Assembly: GCA_001938485.1 (NCBI GenBank) | Contig: MQRK01205638.1 | Coordinates: 23,028-87,027, forward strand | Reading direction: 5' to 3' | Length of the DNA: 64,000 nt | From: Girardia tigrina | Lineage: Eukaryota | Shown: one piece after another, positions 40,864-53,121 of the stretch | Numbering within the stretch: the first letter of the stretch is position 1 | How the letters are laid out: each line of letters begins with the position of its first letter | The notes under the pieces: generated by a model | The model's database searches: none | What the model was told of the DNA's origin: nothing | Seen by the model: only the letters and a program-made list of their open reading frames with translations | Position numbers and translations under genes: made by a program

Positions 40864-42189
40864 ATGACAATGGTTTTTTCTGTAGACCTTGAAAGTCTTC
40901 GAATAAATTGATTAGCTTCCTTGATTAGATCTAATGATCATTGGCGTTAATGATTGTTACAGTTTATTTCGAAGGAAATTGAATTGTTGGTATTTGGAAA
41001 GTTGAATTGAATGGTTTGTATACGGAAATTTGTAAGATATACAATAAAATGAAAATCTACAATCTAGAGATAATATTTCTGAAATCGTTATAACAATTAA
41101 TTTTTTTATTATTTAATTTTTATGATTAATGAAGGTATAGGGGAGAAATAATTAATTTGCGTTTCCTTTTTTCTTTTCTTTCGTAATCTGATCTTAAACT
41201 TCTTATTCCTTTCCTTTTTTGCATTTTTATCGTCATTGATTGTTGATTTGATTTTGGGTTCCTCTTTACCGCATTTTGTGTTGTTTAAGGATAAAAGAAG
41301 AAAAAATAAATAAATAAAACATAAATAAATATGCACATATATACAAGTTAATATAAATATATGATATAGGAAATTTGTTGTGATGTGATGTGACTTGTAT
41401 TTATTTTGAGTTGACTTGCGAGTTTACAATACGAACTAGTATTTCTCCTTCCTTTCCATCCCAATGCATTTATGCAATTATAATAACAAATATTAAACCT
41501 TAAAAGTACATATAATAAACGTATGTTATAAAATATTTTTATTTGAAATTAAATTTTGTCTTTAAAGAATCAGAACAAATTTCCTTTGTTGTTTTTACAT
41601 ACTTTCTTTTATTATTTCAAGAAATTATAATTTTCAAGAACTTTTTAAATGAAAATAACTAAAATAACTTTAGTAAATTAGTAATTTTCAATAATTCAAT
41701 TTAAACATCTTCAAATTATTATCATTTAAATAAAACAAGTGCATTTTTTTCTTTTGTTTTAGTTTTCCTAACGTCTTTAGGAATATAAAAAAAGTTTTAT
41801 CGTGACTCAAGCAAAATAATTTTTATAATAAAATGCAGAAATTTCTACCAATGAAATAGAAAAGAATATCGATAGTAATAATAATATGAAAATTATTTTG
41901 TTATCAATCGAAAAATTTAATATTTTGTAATAATTTCATATGGTTATTGTAAGTAAAGTTAATGTCACTCTCATTATTATCAAATTCAGAAATCTTAATT
42001 TAACAACACAAAATTTATTAATATCACGACTCACAATTTTCAAACCAATTTTCGTTAATTAAAATTTTCGTCTGACCTCATAAATTTGATTTTACTTTCA
42101 ATTTGTAAAAAAAACATTTTAAACTTTAAAAATAATTTATTATATTCTATAACTTATTTTTGACTTTTTACTACTTCAAATTTTTTTTA

Positions 42190-42560
42190 TTTTTAAAATG
42201 CATTTATAAAATTATATGACAAATAAAAGTAATTTATTCCATTAAATAAGATCCAATAAATGTTTAAAACTTCGATAACATATTTTTGAACTTTTCTTTT
42301 TGATTAAAACTTTTTTATTATTTTTAGAATGCTTTTATAAAATTTTATTACCTATAAAATTAATTTATTTCATTTAAATAAGATGCCATCAACTTATAAA
42401 ATTTTAAAAATATTTTTTATTAAACATATACTATTTTTTGAAAATTTTATTTAAACTAAGTCTTTATTATGTCTTTTTAAAAAATATTCTAAACACAATA
42501 AAACTAATTTTTCCATTTATATAAACATCTAATTTTAAAATTAATTTGTAAAAAAAACTA
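42190..42560. repeat. degenerate ~130-150 bp tandem repeat (2-3 units)
   Basis: TTTTTA(A/G)AATGC(A/T)TTTATAAAATT...TAATTTATT(C/T)CATT(T)AAATAAGAT recurs near 42190 and 42321, more weakly near 42475. Confidence 0.5.
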
Positions 42561-42840
42561 TTTAATTTCGTAAAAAAACGTTTGTAGCAGCTTGATATAT
42601 AAATTTTTGTTGTGTTTTTATTGTGTTTATTTATTTATTTTTTTATTTTATTAACTTTTATTTATTGTGTTATTTATTTTCAAATTTTTAAAACTTTTAA
42701 CTGAAATATATCAGTTTTTAAATTTTAAGTAACTCCTTATAGTTATATTAAAAAAATATTTAACTTATTATATTTACTTAAGAAATTTATTCATTACTAT
42801 CACTGTTTGTAATTAAAAATTTATATATATATATATATAT

Positions 42841-43781
42841 TTTGGTTAGCCAAAATTCTTTTCGTATTTTCTACGTATTTTTGTTCAATTGTTTCTTATT
42901 ACCAAATAAAGATATTTTATATACATGTATTATATGTTTTTAAAGCTCTTGAACTACTCTATCACAATATATATTAAAACTTCTAATTAGTCTTTAATAT
43001 AATTTTTATGGTCTTTTAGAAAAATCATGGAAAATTTTGAAATTCGTGTTCTTTGACGCCATTACTGGAAACAGGGCTTAAACGCAACTGCAGCAACAAA
43101 GAAGATATGCGAAGTTAAAGGCGATAATGTGGTCTCAAATTGTACTGCTATCACCGTAGATTCCGGAGCAATTCATGAAGCCGTCGAGATAAATCCGTCA
43201 ATAAGTACTCGCAGATTGTCGGCCGAACTCGATATTCCTCAAACATTTATTGAACGACACCTTCACGCTCTTGGCAAGGTCAATAGTCGAGAAGTACCTC
43301 ATGAATTGACACAAATTCAAGCCAAAAAGAGTTTAGAAACTTGTCAAAATTGCTTGAAATCCACGCGATGACCGTTTCATTCGTCGAATTGTAACTTGCG
43401 ATGAAAAGTGGGTTTACTTCAGTAATCCAGACCAACAAAATCAATGGTTGGACCCCGGACAAATGGTGAAACCCATAGCGAAACGAGATCGTTTCACTTT
43501 TGTGTGTTTGGTGGAATTTCGAAGGCGTGATTCACTTTGAGCTGGTTCCAAATGGTCGTACCATCGACGCTGACCTTTACGGTGCCCAATTTGATCGCAA
43601 GTATGCGGAACTTGGCGAGAAATACCCCGCTTTGATCAATCGAAAGCGAGTTCTTCTGCAACAGGACAATGCAAAACCGCACACCGCCAAACAAACAAAG
43701 GAAAAAATCAAAAATATCGACGCCTTTGAACTTCTTCTACACCCAGCGTAAAGTCCGGATCTTGCGCCTTCCGACTATCAC
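42841..43781 (+). mobile_element. mariner, 3'-truncated
   Basis: Left TIR follows a (TA)n tract. VPHEL, IVTCDEKW, QQDNAKPH and HPA*SPDLAPSDY motifs, then an abrupt junction. Confidence 0.9.
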
Positions 43782-43819
43782 CACTATTAATATTAATATT
43801 AAAATCACTATTAATAACT

Positions 43820-43962
43820 ATCACTATTAATATTAAAACAATGTAATTAAATGATTTTAAAAATTAATGAATTTTTATCAAGTGATTTTTAAAAACTTAA
43901 AAAGTGATACTAATAGGGTCGTGATACTATATGGGTTGGTGATATTAATTGGCGATATCCGT
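43820..43962. mobile_element. isolated end of the Fot1/pogo-like family seen at 47346-48428
   Basis: Matches 48250-48428, including the GTGATACTA subterminal repeats and TTGGCGATATCCGT+TA. Confidence 0.8.
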
Positions 43963-44418
43963 TATATATGTCTTTATATTTTGAAGAAAATTGAGAATTC
44001 TTTTTATTTTGTATTATGAAAATTGTATTCCGGAGAATTCCACGTTTTGTTTTGTTTTACAAAATTTTTATGTGTCAACAGTTGTAATTTTAAATTTGAG
44101 GATTCTCATTAAAATATTTCTTAATTGAATTTTAATTTTGAATTATATGAAATAAATATCATATTTGAGTGTTAAATCCGATTTATGGATAACGTTTCTC
44201 TGCTGAAAACACTACCTTTGCTCATAGAGGAACTTAAATTTCCGAAATTAAAGTTCAGCCAATTGTAAATGAGTTTGTGAATTATTCTACATATTGTGAT
44301 TACATTTTAATACCGGAAAAGTGGTAAAATAGTGTCAGTATATGGGATGACAATATGGCATTTGTACGAATATGTTTGATGAAAGGTTTTCGACACTCTC
44401 TTCGGTCGTTAATTTTTT

Positions 44419-44613
44419 GATAAACAAAACATTATCTGCAACATGAGTGTCATTGCCCGCGTCGATCACGGCCAAATCTCCCTCATTGATTTTATCGTCA
44501 GTAAAGTCAATATTATGGCCAGCACAAAAGCCAGCTCAGCTCAATTAAAAGACTACCGAAAAGGCAAACAAGAACGTTGTATCATCATCAAATCGATAGC
44601 GATATCGATGTAC
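44419..44613 (+). pseudogene. EEF2: eukaryotic elongation factor 2 pseudogene fragment (G-domain N-terminus)
   Basis: DKQNIICNMSVIARVDHGQISLIDFIVSKVNIMASTKASSAQLKDYRKGKQERCIIIKSIAISMY versus eEF2 [23 protein letters not shown]..AGII....AG..[23 protein letters not shown]. P-loop GKS is destroyed. Confidence 0.9.
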
Positions 44614-46294
44614 AACGATAAGAGCAAAAACAATTCGGTAAGAGGCTGTTAAGGAGGATGCATTCCTATGGGCCCGATGCGCCCGAGCTGAGTCTCCGGA
44701 AATCAGATTCAACAATCACAGATAATATAACTTCCAATAGTAACATTACCTTATGAAAGTATTCATTCTTTGAAAACAAGTGTTTGTAATTACAATTTAA
44801 GTATTATTATTTATATTTAGTATCTGTATGTATACTTTTCAATATGTTCCTGTACAAAGACAATTCAAAAACATATTAAAAAATTTATCGTTATCGTTTT
44901 ATAGAATGCATATTTACTGATCTTTTTATTTGTTATCTTTGCTTGTACGTCGCTTCTATAAACAATTATGATATATAATTAAATAATAAAAAAATGAATA
45001 TTCTAAAATTTAAAATGATAATAATAAGTTAAAATTTTGATTTACGACTAAACAGTGTTCCTGTTTTTTGAATGAACATATATCGGTAACTCATTTAGTC
45101 ATTTTTATTTAGCATCGATTTATTGTGTCAAGTAATCGTGCACTAGAATGGTCAGAGAAATTTTATAGTACTTTCACAGGGATCAACCGTGCAAGCCAGG
45201 TATACATACTTCCTCAGAAAACTAGATTAGGTAGACTTTCTGGAAAACCAGAAAATAGTCCGCTTAAATGCTAAACGAGCTAATATCTGCACCGACAGAC
45301 TATTGTAGTACCAATGGTCCAGCAATGTATTTCCAAGGCATTAGCATAACAACCTGGGTGTGAAAGCTGTGGGGAGTAGTGACCGTGCAGTCGATGGTGA
45401 AGTAACATTGCAATGAATCTTGATGCGCAGTATTACGATAAAGCTGGTTATCATGTTGAGAAGTGAAATGTCAATCTGTGCGAATGATAAAGTGTATGAA
45501 GGCATCATCAGCGTCCCAGGTCTCCTAGTAAACCTCAGGCGTAAAATCATGAAAGATGAGAGGTTCATCGAACTTTCTAGAAATTTTTAATAAAATCTTT
45601 TAATGAAACTTCTTTAGAAATTCAATAATATTTTTAAATTTATACGGGAAATCTAAAATAATAGGATTATTTAAATCTCAAATTATCTGAGTGAAAATGA
45701 CAAACAAATTATGATGTAAATCAAACTTTATTTTTATAATGTTTGATTTATTGATTAAAATAAAAATGGATTATATTTATTACATTTTATTCGAAAGAAA
45801 TTAGATGATTTACACTGAATATTAATAAATAAATTCTAATTTACTGAAAAATTTTTTCATGAATTTCTAAACTTTGTTTCTCTATCAGAGATACGAATAA
45901 TCAGAATTATAGACAGAATAAATATTTTTGTTGTTTTAATAAACAGAGAATCATAAATTATAAAAATAAAATAAAATCGCTTTAATTTTTGATGTTAAAT
46001 TAAAAATAATTAAAAATTTGTTGTTGCTATTTAACTTTTTTTATTATTTTCCTAAAACCTTTTAAACGTAAATTTCTTTACATATTTTGGCATTGAACTC
46101 GACAATTTCTTAAGTATTTTTTAATCAAATATTAATTATTCTAATTTACATTAATTTTCTTTGTATTTATTAATTGTTTTCCAATTTATTTATGAATAAT
46201 ATGCTTAATAGTTTAATATTGTTGAAAAAACAAATGAAAATAAAATTTCTATTTGCTTATAAATTAAAATTGGTGAGAAATAATTTTTAATATA

Positions 46295-47236
46295 CCGTAA
46301 ATTCCGGACTATAAGCCGCACTTAAAAACCTGAAATGAGTCATAATTTAAGAGTTGCGGCTTATACGTTAATGTTTTAAGTGCTCAAAAAATATTTTAAA
46401 TTAATTTAAATATTTGTTTAAATATTCTTTAAACAAGACATAATTCAAAATTTTTGACGGTATATTTTTATTTTACGGTTAGTTTACGTTATAATAAATT
46501 ATTTAAATTTTAGCCATCAACCGATCTTCATATACCTCAGAGTGGAAATTAAAAGCAATTAAATTAGCTCAATCAAATTGAAATCGTAAAGCTGCATTAG
46601 AACTCAATATCAATGAGTCAATAATCAGAAGATGGAGAAAGCAAGAAGATGAGTTGAGACAAGTTAAAAAATCTCGTTAGAGCTTTCGTGGAAACACTCC
46701 AAGATGGGCACATCTTGAAGATGATCTTAAGAATTGGGTCTATGAAATGACATCAGTTTGAGAAACATTTCAACGGTCTCTATACGGCTCAAAGCCAAGA
46801 CAAGAGCTAAAGAATTGGGAATTATGAATTTCTCAGGAGGACAATCTTGGTGCACTAGATTCATGAAACGAAATAATCTTTCGATTCGGTGCAAAACGAC
46901 ATTAGCCCAACGCCTTCCTGTAGATTTTGAAGAATAGGCCAGCATATTCCGTGAGTTTTGTCAAAAAAAATTACAGACAAGAATATACATCATGATAACA
47001 TTTTCAATATGGATGAAGTATCTATCCCTTTTGATATTCCAGCTAATCACACATTTGAACAGGTTGGTGCTAAATCAGTTCCAATTATGACAACGGGAAA
47101 CGAAAAAACATCCTGTACTGTTGTTTTAGCTTGTTCTTCGAGTGGATTAAAGTTACCATCAATGGTAATTTTTAAAAAGAAAATGTTGCCTAAAGGTAAA
47201 TTTCCTGCTGGAGTTGTAGTAAAGGCAAATGAAAAA
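46295..47236 (+). mobile_element. pogo/Tigger (POGK-like) transposon, 3'-truncated
   Basis: TA+CCGTAAATTCCGG TIR. Brinker-type HTH RSSYTSEWKLKAI, CENP-B HTH FSGGQSWCTRFMKR, and NMDEV...TVVLAC. Contains stop codons. Confidence 0.9.
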
Positions 47237-47345
47237 GTTAAATTTAAAAAAAAAGTTAATTAAGTTTTACAATAAGTTAAATTTTAAATAAGTTAATTAA
47301 TTTTTACAATTTTTCATAAATAAATCAAATTTTTTTAAATAATTA

Positions 47346-48428
47346 ACGGATATCGCCAAATAGTATCACTGATACTATTTAAATAGTATCACTAAAATAT
47401 TTTTAAGTTGGTGATACTATCTGGGTTTTGATACTATTTGGTGCTTTCAATTCCCATTAACAGAAATATCAGAATATGAATAAAAAAGCAAATATCAATA
47501 ATACTTTATTCATTAACGACATCCAAACATTCTACATCATCATTATCGTTTAAACAGTCTGCATTCTGATCATCTGCATCTTCCCCAGAAATAGACTCGT
47601 AGATAAATTGTTTAATCTGATTTAAAATAGCCCAAGCCTCGCAAAGCTTTCTTCCATACACATCATGCTTTGCTATATGCCAATCGTCAGGGTTCGAACT
47701 AAAGCATGATGATATTATTGAGTTTTGAATGGTTTCGGTTTTCAATTTATTCAAAGATTCTCCGACCCATGAATTAACCAATTCCTTCGATTATGTCAGA
47801 GTCTGATAATGTTGTTAAATTGGTAGTTCGCCTAAGTGTAAATCCATTTCTCTTCATAAACCCTGTCATCCAATTTCCAGTAGCCTTTAATTTAATATTA
47901 AGCTCTGCTCAATGCTACTGCCATATCAGAAATATACTTCCGACTGACTTTCATTTTTCGTATTCTAAGATATATTATCTCATCGCAAATAATTTGTTCT
48001 ATAGTTCCCAAACTGGTTTTCTTTACTGCTCCCAACGCTCTTTTCACTGATGGTTTTTCTTTAGCAAGTTTGTCGTTGTTTTTAAACCCCTGTTGAACCT
48101 AGAATGGTCATATATTTCCCCGTTTTTAACTTTGAAATGCTGTTTTGCAGCATAACACGTCTTCCCTTGCCACATAAACTCGATTACTTCTTTTTTCAAA
48201 TTGATTGTAAACGATCGTTTGGCCATAAGAATTTTTATATTGGAATATTTATTAATATTAAAATAATTTAATTAAATGATTTTAAAAAATAATGATTTTT
48301 TTCAAGGGATTTTTAAAAACTTAAATAGTGATACTATTTAAATATTATCACTAATTTTTTTTTAAATTTGTGATATTATTTGGGTGGTGATACTATATCG
48401 GTAGGGGATACTAATTGGCGATATCCGT
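47346..48428 (-). mobile_element. Fot1/pogo-like transposon, internally deleted
   Basis: TIR ACGGATATCGCCAA with TA TSD and GTGATACTA subterminal repeats. MAKRSFTINLKKEVIEF and KATGNWMTGFMKRNGFTLRRTTN HTH are joined to the C-terminal tail; DDE core missing. Confidence 0.88.
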
Positions 48429-48659
48429 TAATAATCATTTTAATTTTTATCCGATAATTTTTCAGTAAATATTTTAATAAATTATTTAATAAATTATTTT
48501 ATTGTCTTAAGAACAATCCAAATTGTTTTGTAAATAAAAATATGAAAAGTCAAATCGGTGTTCTTAATAACTGTAATCTCTAATGTTTTATTATAGGACC
48601 TCAAAAATAATAAATGAACTTTTGAATAAGTAAATATAAATAATTACTATTATCGAAAA

Positions 48660-49670
48660 TTTCATTATCTTCAGGGGGCGAAATGACTTCAGATTTTGGA
48701 GAGTGTCATTTTGTAAATTAAATTATCAGAGTATACATATTAATGAGTCTTATTAATTGTAGTTGTTTAATCAACTTTTACTTTTCAAAATAAAAATTCA
48801 AGCAAGAGTGGAAATGATGAGATTGCATTGTAAAAATGGGCAATCTGTCGTTACTGAAGCAAGAAAAATGTGAGGAAGTATAGGAAAACTAGCGTCCCAT
48901 CAGTTAAGCAAACCATAACAATGTTTTTTAAACTGAAAATGCTAGCTCAGAACAAGTGAATACATTGAAAAAGTGCATGAACACGGTCTAGTAAAACCAT
49001 CAAAATCGACGAGAAGATTAACTCAAGAGTCCAGAATTTAGGAAACATATTAAAAAAAACTATAGAAGATGGTATAAAGTTGATGTTGTCATAAATTTCT
49101 AAATTTGCAACCCTTCAAGGTGCAGCTGTTCGACGCTCAGAATTAGCAAATTAACATCAAAATCGTTTTTTTTTGTAGGGAAAACATTTTTTATTCGATC
49201 TGCAATATGGCCATGTAAATTTAAAAACTGTTGGTTTCAGCATAATAGTGAGATACTATTTGATACAAACAATGTATTCGATATCACATCAGATTATTTT
49301 CGAACAACGATCTTTACAACTGGTGCGAAAATTCTGGCAGATTGCGAAATAAAAGAGCCTTTCTGTTCACCAAATTTCAACCCCTGTCACGTTTTTCTGT
49401 TTAAAAAAGATAATGAGTTGAAATATGCTTTTTTTTTACTTTTAAGCAGTTTAGAAAGATTTAACAATGGATACGAGACGTTTTGGCATCTGAGACGGGG
49501 TATTTAGAAAATCTGCTATCGTAACCAGCAAAGCGAGTTCTTTTAAAGAAAGTATTTTTTATGATAATCTTTTCAAAAAATTCAACCATATTTTACTATT
49601 TAATAATTAAAATTTATTATGTTTTTAAAATCTTTCACGGTATGTAACGGTTGATTGTGAACAATCCCTA
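48660..49670 (+). mobile_element. very decayed DD41D-like Tc1/mariner relic
   Basis: ARVEMMRLHCKNGQSV N-terminus and SPNFNPCHVF remnant. The 3' end GGTTGATTGTGAACAATCCCTA resembles the TIR at 34059. Confidence 0.5.
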
Positions 49671-49746
49671 GGGTTTATTTCTAACTATTTTGTTATAGAT
49701 TAAGTACTAAAATTATGATTATGTTATAAACTTTTGAAAACAATTA

Positions 49747-50150
49747 GCGGATAACATGAAATAGTAGGACACCTACTATTTTAATAGTAGGTGGAAAAAA
49801 AATTGAAAAGGCGCCCAATATTGGTTTACACCTACTATTTGGTGCTTTTGTTTTGAACTTGTCTTAAACTTGAAAAATAAATAAGAATTAAACTGGAAAA
49901 ATAAGAATTTATTCATCATAGATAATAAAAGCATCATCATTAATAAAACAAATTAAAATTTATATGACACATTTTTTAATTTTTATAAAGTTCTTTTTTC
50001 ATTTTTAAAAATATTTTTTTTATAAATTGCTTTAAAAACGATACACCTACTATTTGATTCCACCTACTATTAAAATAGTAGGTGGAAAATTTTTTGAAAA
50101 CTTCATTACACCTACTATTTCATGTCCACCTACTATTTGATGTTATCCGT
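49747..50150. mobile_element. TA-flanked MITE (pogo/Fot1-like), copy 2, complete
   Basis: Same TIR and CACCTACTATT repeats as 29460-29826. Confidence 0.88.
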
Positions 50151-50360
50151 TACTTAGAAGGCCATGTTATGAAGGGTTTAAAGCACGTAGAATGAGTATT
50201 TCTAAGAATGTTGGTCATGTGAAAGTGGTTTAAAGAACGTCCAAAGTTCAAAGCTTACTCTCAAATAAATAAATCACTCTCAAACGATTTGTGGATTGCA
50301 AGCTAATCTGGTTTATAAATGTAATTGTCATTTGTGTAAAAAAATTATATGCACTGTTAC

Positions 50361-50449
50361 ATAGGTAATTTATTGTTAAGCTAGTTGGACATACCTCAAC
50401 GCGGTGTCCCTATGAAACCAGAGTCCTCGTTTCTAGGCTAAAGTGTCTG
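50361..50449 (+). ncRNA. candidate degenerate HDV-like ribozyme
   Basis: P2 GGACAT/GTGTCT, P3 ACC/GGT with 7-nt loop TCAACGC, imperfect P1 ATAGGTA/TCCCTAT, P4 CCAGAG/TTCTAGG, J4/2 CTAA. P1.1 and G1 are non-canonical. Confidence 0.35.
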
Positions 50450-52521
50450 TAAGCTTGCCTGGTTGGAATTCTGACCAACTTAGTATAGTGGGCGAGAGCT
50501 TGCAATTCACCACTGTAAAAGGCAATGTTTTCTGAGTAGGACTAGGAAAACGGGTAAGGGGGAGGCCCATAATCTGTTGAGGACTTGCAAGTAAGTACTT
50601 GGACAATGATACACCGACTCAGCTCCTGGAAAGCTCTATGAACAATTAGTTCCGTAAATTACTCGATTGAGACGACATAGATCTTCACCTCAAAACCTGG
50701 ATTAGTGAGCATTTACAAAAATGTTAATTGAGTAAGATTCTCGATTATTGCTTACATTGTAAAAATATAATCTCTTATCTTGTAAAGATTTACTGTTTTC
50801 TCATACAGAATGGCTTTCATTCACATTATTACCGGAGGTTCAATGAATCATTATTAATAAGACACTACAAACCATTAACTATTTTTGGAAATTAACAAAA
50901 TAAGGCCGTCTCAATTCTTTATATCTTGAGTTAAATTAAAAAAAATATGTTTTATTAATATCCAATTATATTTTTATAAATGATAATCTTTTTGTTAAAT
51001 TGTTTTATTTTTTCAATTAACATATAATTTAAAATTCAACAAGACGTTTTTCAACCCATAAAACATAAAAAAATTATTATTTTTTTAACAGTCTATAACT
51101 AAATTGTTTTTATAATATATAGATTGTTAGAAATATTTGTATTATTTAATTTTTTTACTTTTATAATGTATCATAAGTCAAAGCTTGACTAATTAATCAT
51201 TTTGTATACACCTATAGATCTATTGACTAAAGGGGGGCACTTATTAATTTAATTATGTTAGGGTAATGAATCCAGTCCTCAATTTAATAATTAGATGGTG
51301 ATATTAGCAATAAATACCTTTCTAACTTAAGTTTGAACTTTTTCCTCATCAAAGACATTATAAATGGATATTCTTCTCACTAGTGGCCTTTTTTGTGTGA
51401 AGTATTTGATTTTACGTATTTATTCCCATTAAAAATTATAATAAAATATTTGGCAAATATTTTAAATTTAAAAAAATATAATTTAAAAATAATTATTTAC
51501 AAAGATATTTGTTTACTAATTTCCAAAATCAATTCCTAAACTTTATTTTTAATAGGAGTTATTTATTTTTTTTCAAATATAATAATTTTATTTATTCTTT
51601 TGTTTAGTTTTCCATTTTCTTATTTAGATAATTAATGTTGCACGAAGTCGAAATTGTGGGTCAGGAAAGTCGTGACCGAATAGTAACGGGAGATAAAAAT
51701 CCTCAACCGGAATTAGGCTTAAAAAATCTTTTTTACAATTAAAAAAAAACTAAATTATTATTAATATTAAAATTATTAGAATTTTTTCCAAAATTTACAT
51801 TTTAAATATTCAAAAGAATTTCCCAATATTTTATCAATTTATAAAAATTAATAAATAATTTAAAAATGAATTTAAACAAAGTAATTTTTATCAATCAGGA
51901 TTTTTCTATTTGATACACATTTCCTTTTTTATCAGTTTGATGATAATAAACATACAAATAATGTTTGGATAAATAATTTTACTAGTAAAATATTTTTTGT
52001 TATTTTTAATTTAATTTGTTGTTCTATCATACCCTAAAAAATCACATTTAAGAATCAAATTAATGTTCTTTTTATAATTATTTATAAACTATTTATGGAT
52101 TTTGAGGCTTTTATGGCCAATGAGGAATGTTTGATGTTTATATTATCCATATTTGGACTCTAATTTCCTCTTTAAATTATGTGTGAGGAATATTTAGAAT
52201 TGTATCAATGCGTGAATATATTGATGCTGTATGTTGATTCGAGTATGTCGAAATTAGAATTGCAATTATCTAACCAAGATGGAAATTGGTATTTTTTGTA
52301 TTTAAAGTGATTGACGATTCAAACATAAATAATGATAATACTTTGATAAGTTTATATTTTTGAAATTAATTATTAAAATCGATTTTCATATTTTTTAAAA
52401 ACGAAAAACATTCAATTAGATATAAATAAAACTAATAAAATTTAAATTAAATTCATTTTTCATAATTTGAACACATTTTTATTATTTTGAGTTTTTATAA
52501 AGATATAGTTATAATTATTAA

Positions 52522-53121
52522 AAAGTGAACTCCATTTTTCACAATTTATTTTCGTAATTAATTTCGGCGGATTACCCGCCATCTTGAGCGCCTCATGCGG
52601 CTTTGTATGATGTAAGTGATGATTTTTGCATTGATATATGTTCTAAGGTTTCTATTGATATGTCTAATAATCTTTTAAAAAATAAAATCGATTCACAGAA
52701 TAAAAAACTTATAAATTTACGCAAATTATTTGGTGTTTTTCGATTTGATGTCCAAAATACAGTTTTACACTTGAGTGATTGTAAAAAGAAAATCGGAGAA
52801 AATGATTTTAAAATTCTGTGTAATCGATTTCAAAATTACTGGGAGAGAGTAACGTGTGAGGCCTTATTAATAAGATCCATGGATTCAAAAATTAATATCC
52901 AAGCTTCACACTCAACTTCTCTGTTAAACATTTTCAAATAGAGCCTTTATTACATGATTGATTGCATAATCACCTTTCTCATATATAAGCTGCAAAAAGC
53001 CAGTGTTAATTTAGTCTGAAGATGGCGGGTAATCCGCCGAAATTAATTACGAAAATAAATTGTGAAAAATGGCGTTCACTTTTTAATAATGAATATAAAT
53101 TGCCATTATTTTTTAAATTCC
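52522..53121 (+). mobile_element. RT-less Penelope derivative with inverted 5' arm and 17-bp TSD
   Basis: TSD ATAGTTATAATTATTAA (52505-21 / 53122-38). 52514-52585 is inverted relative to 53019-53090. ORF 52603-52941 fuses the N-terminal region to the GIY-YIG tail. Confidence 0.9.
53014..53050 (+). ncRNA. minimal hammerhead ribozyme, intact core
   Basis: GT CTGAAGA T GGCGG-GTAAT-CCGCC GAAA TTAA TT AC. Confidence 0.82.

Noticed and set aside
41109-41336. Signal-peptide-like, Lys-rich small ORF (also 59155-59427)
   Set aside because: Composition (F, I, L, K, N) is what AT-rich low-complexity DNA yields by chance.
49747-50150. CACCTACTATT repeats as a CRISPR-like array
   Set aside because: Repeats are 11 bp, irregularly spaced, in both orientations and inside TIRs: subterminal MITE repeats. 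No cas genes, and the context is eukaryotic.
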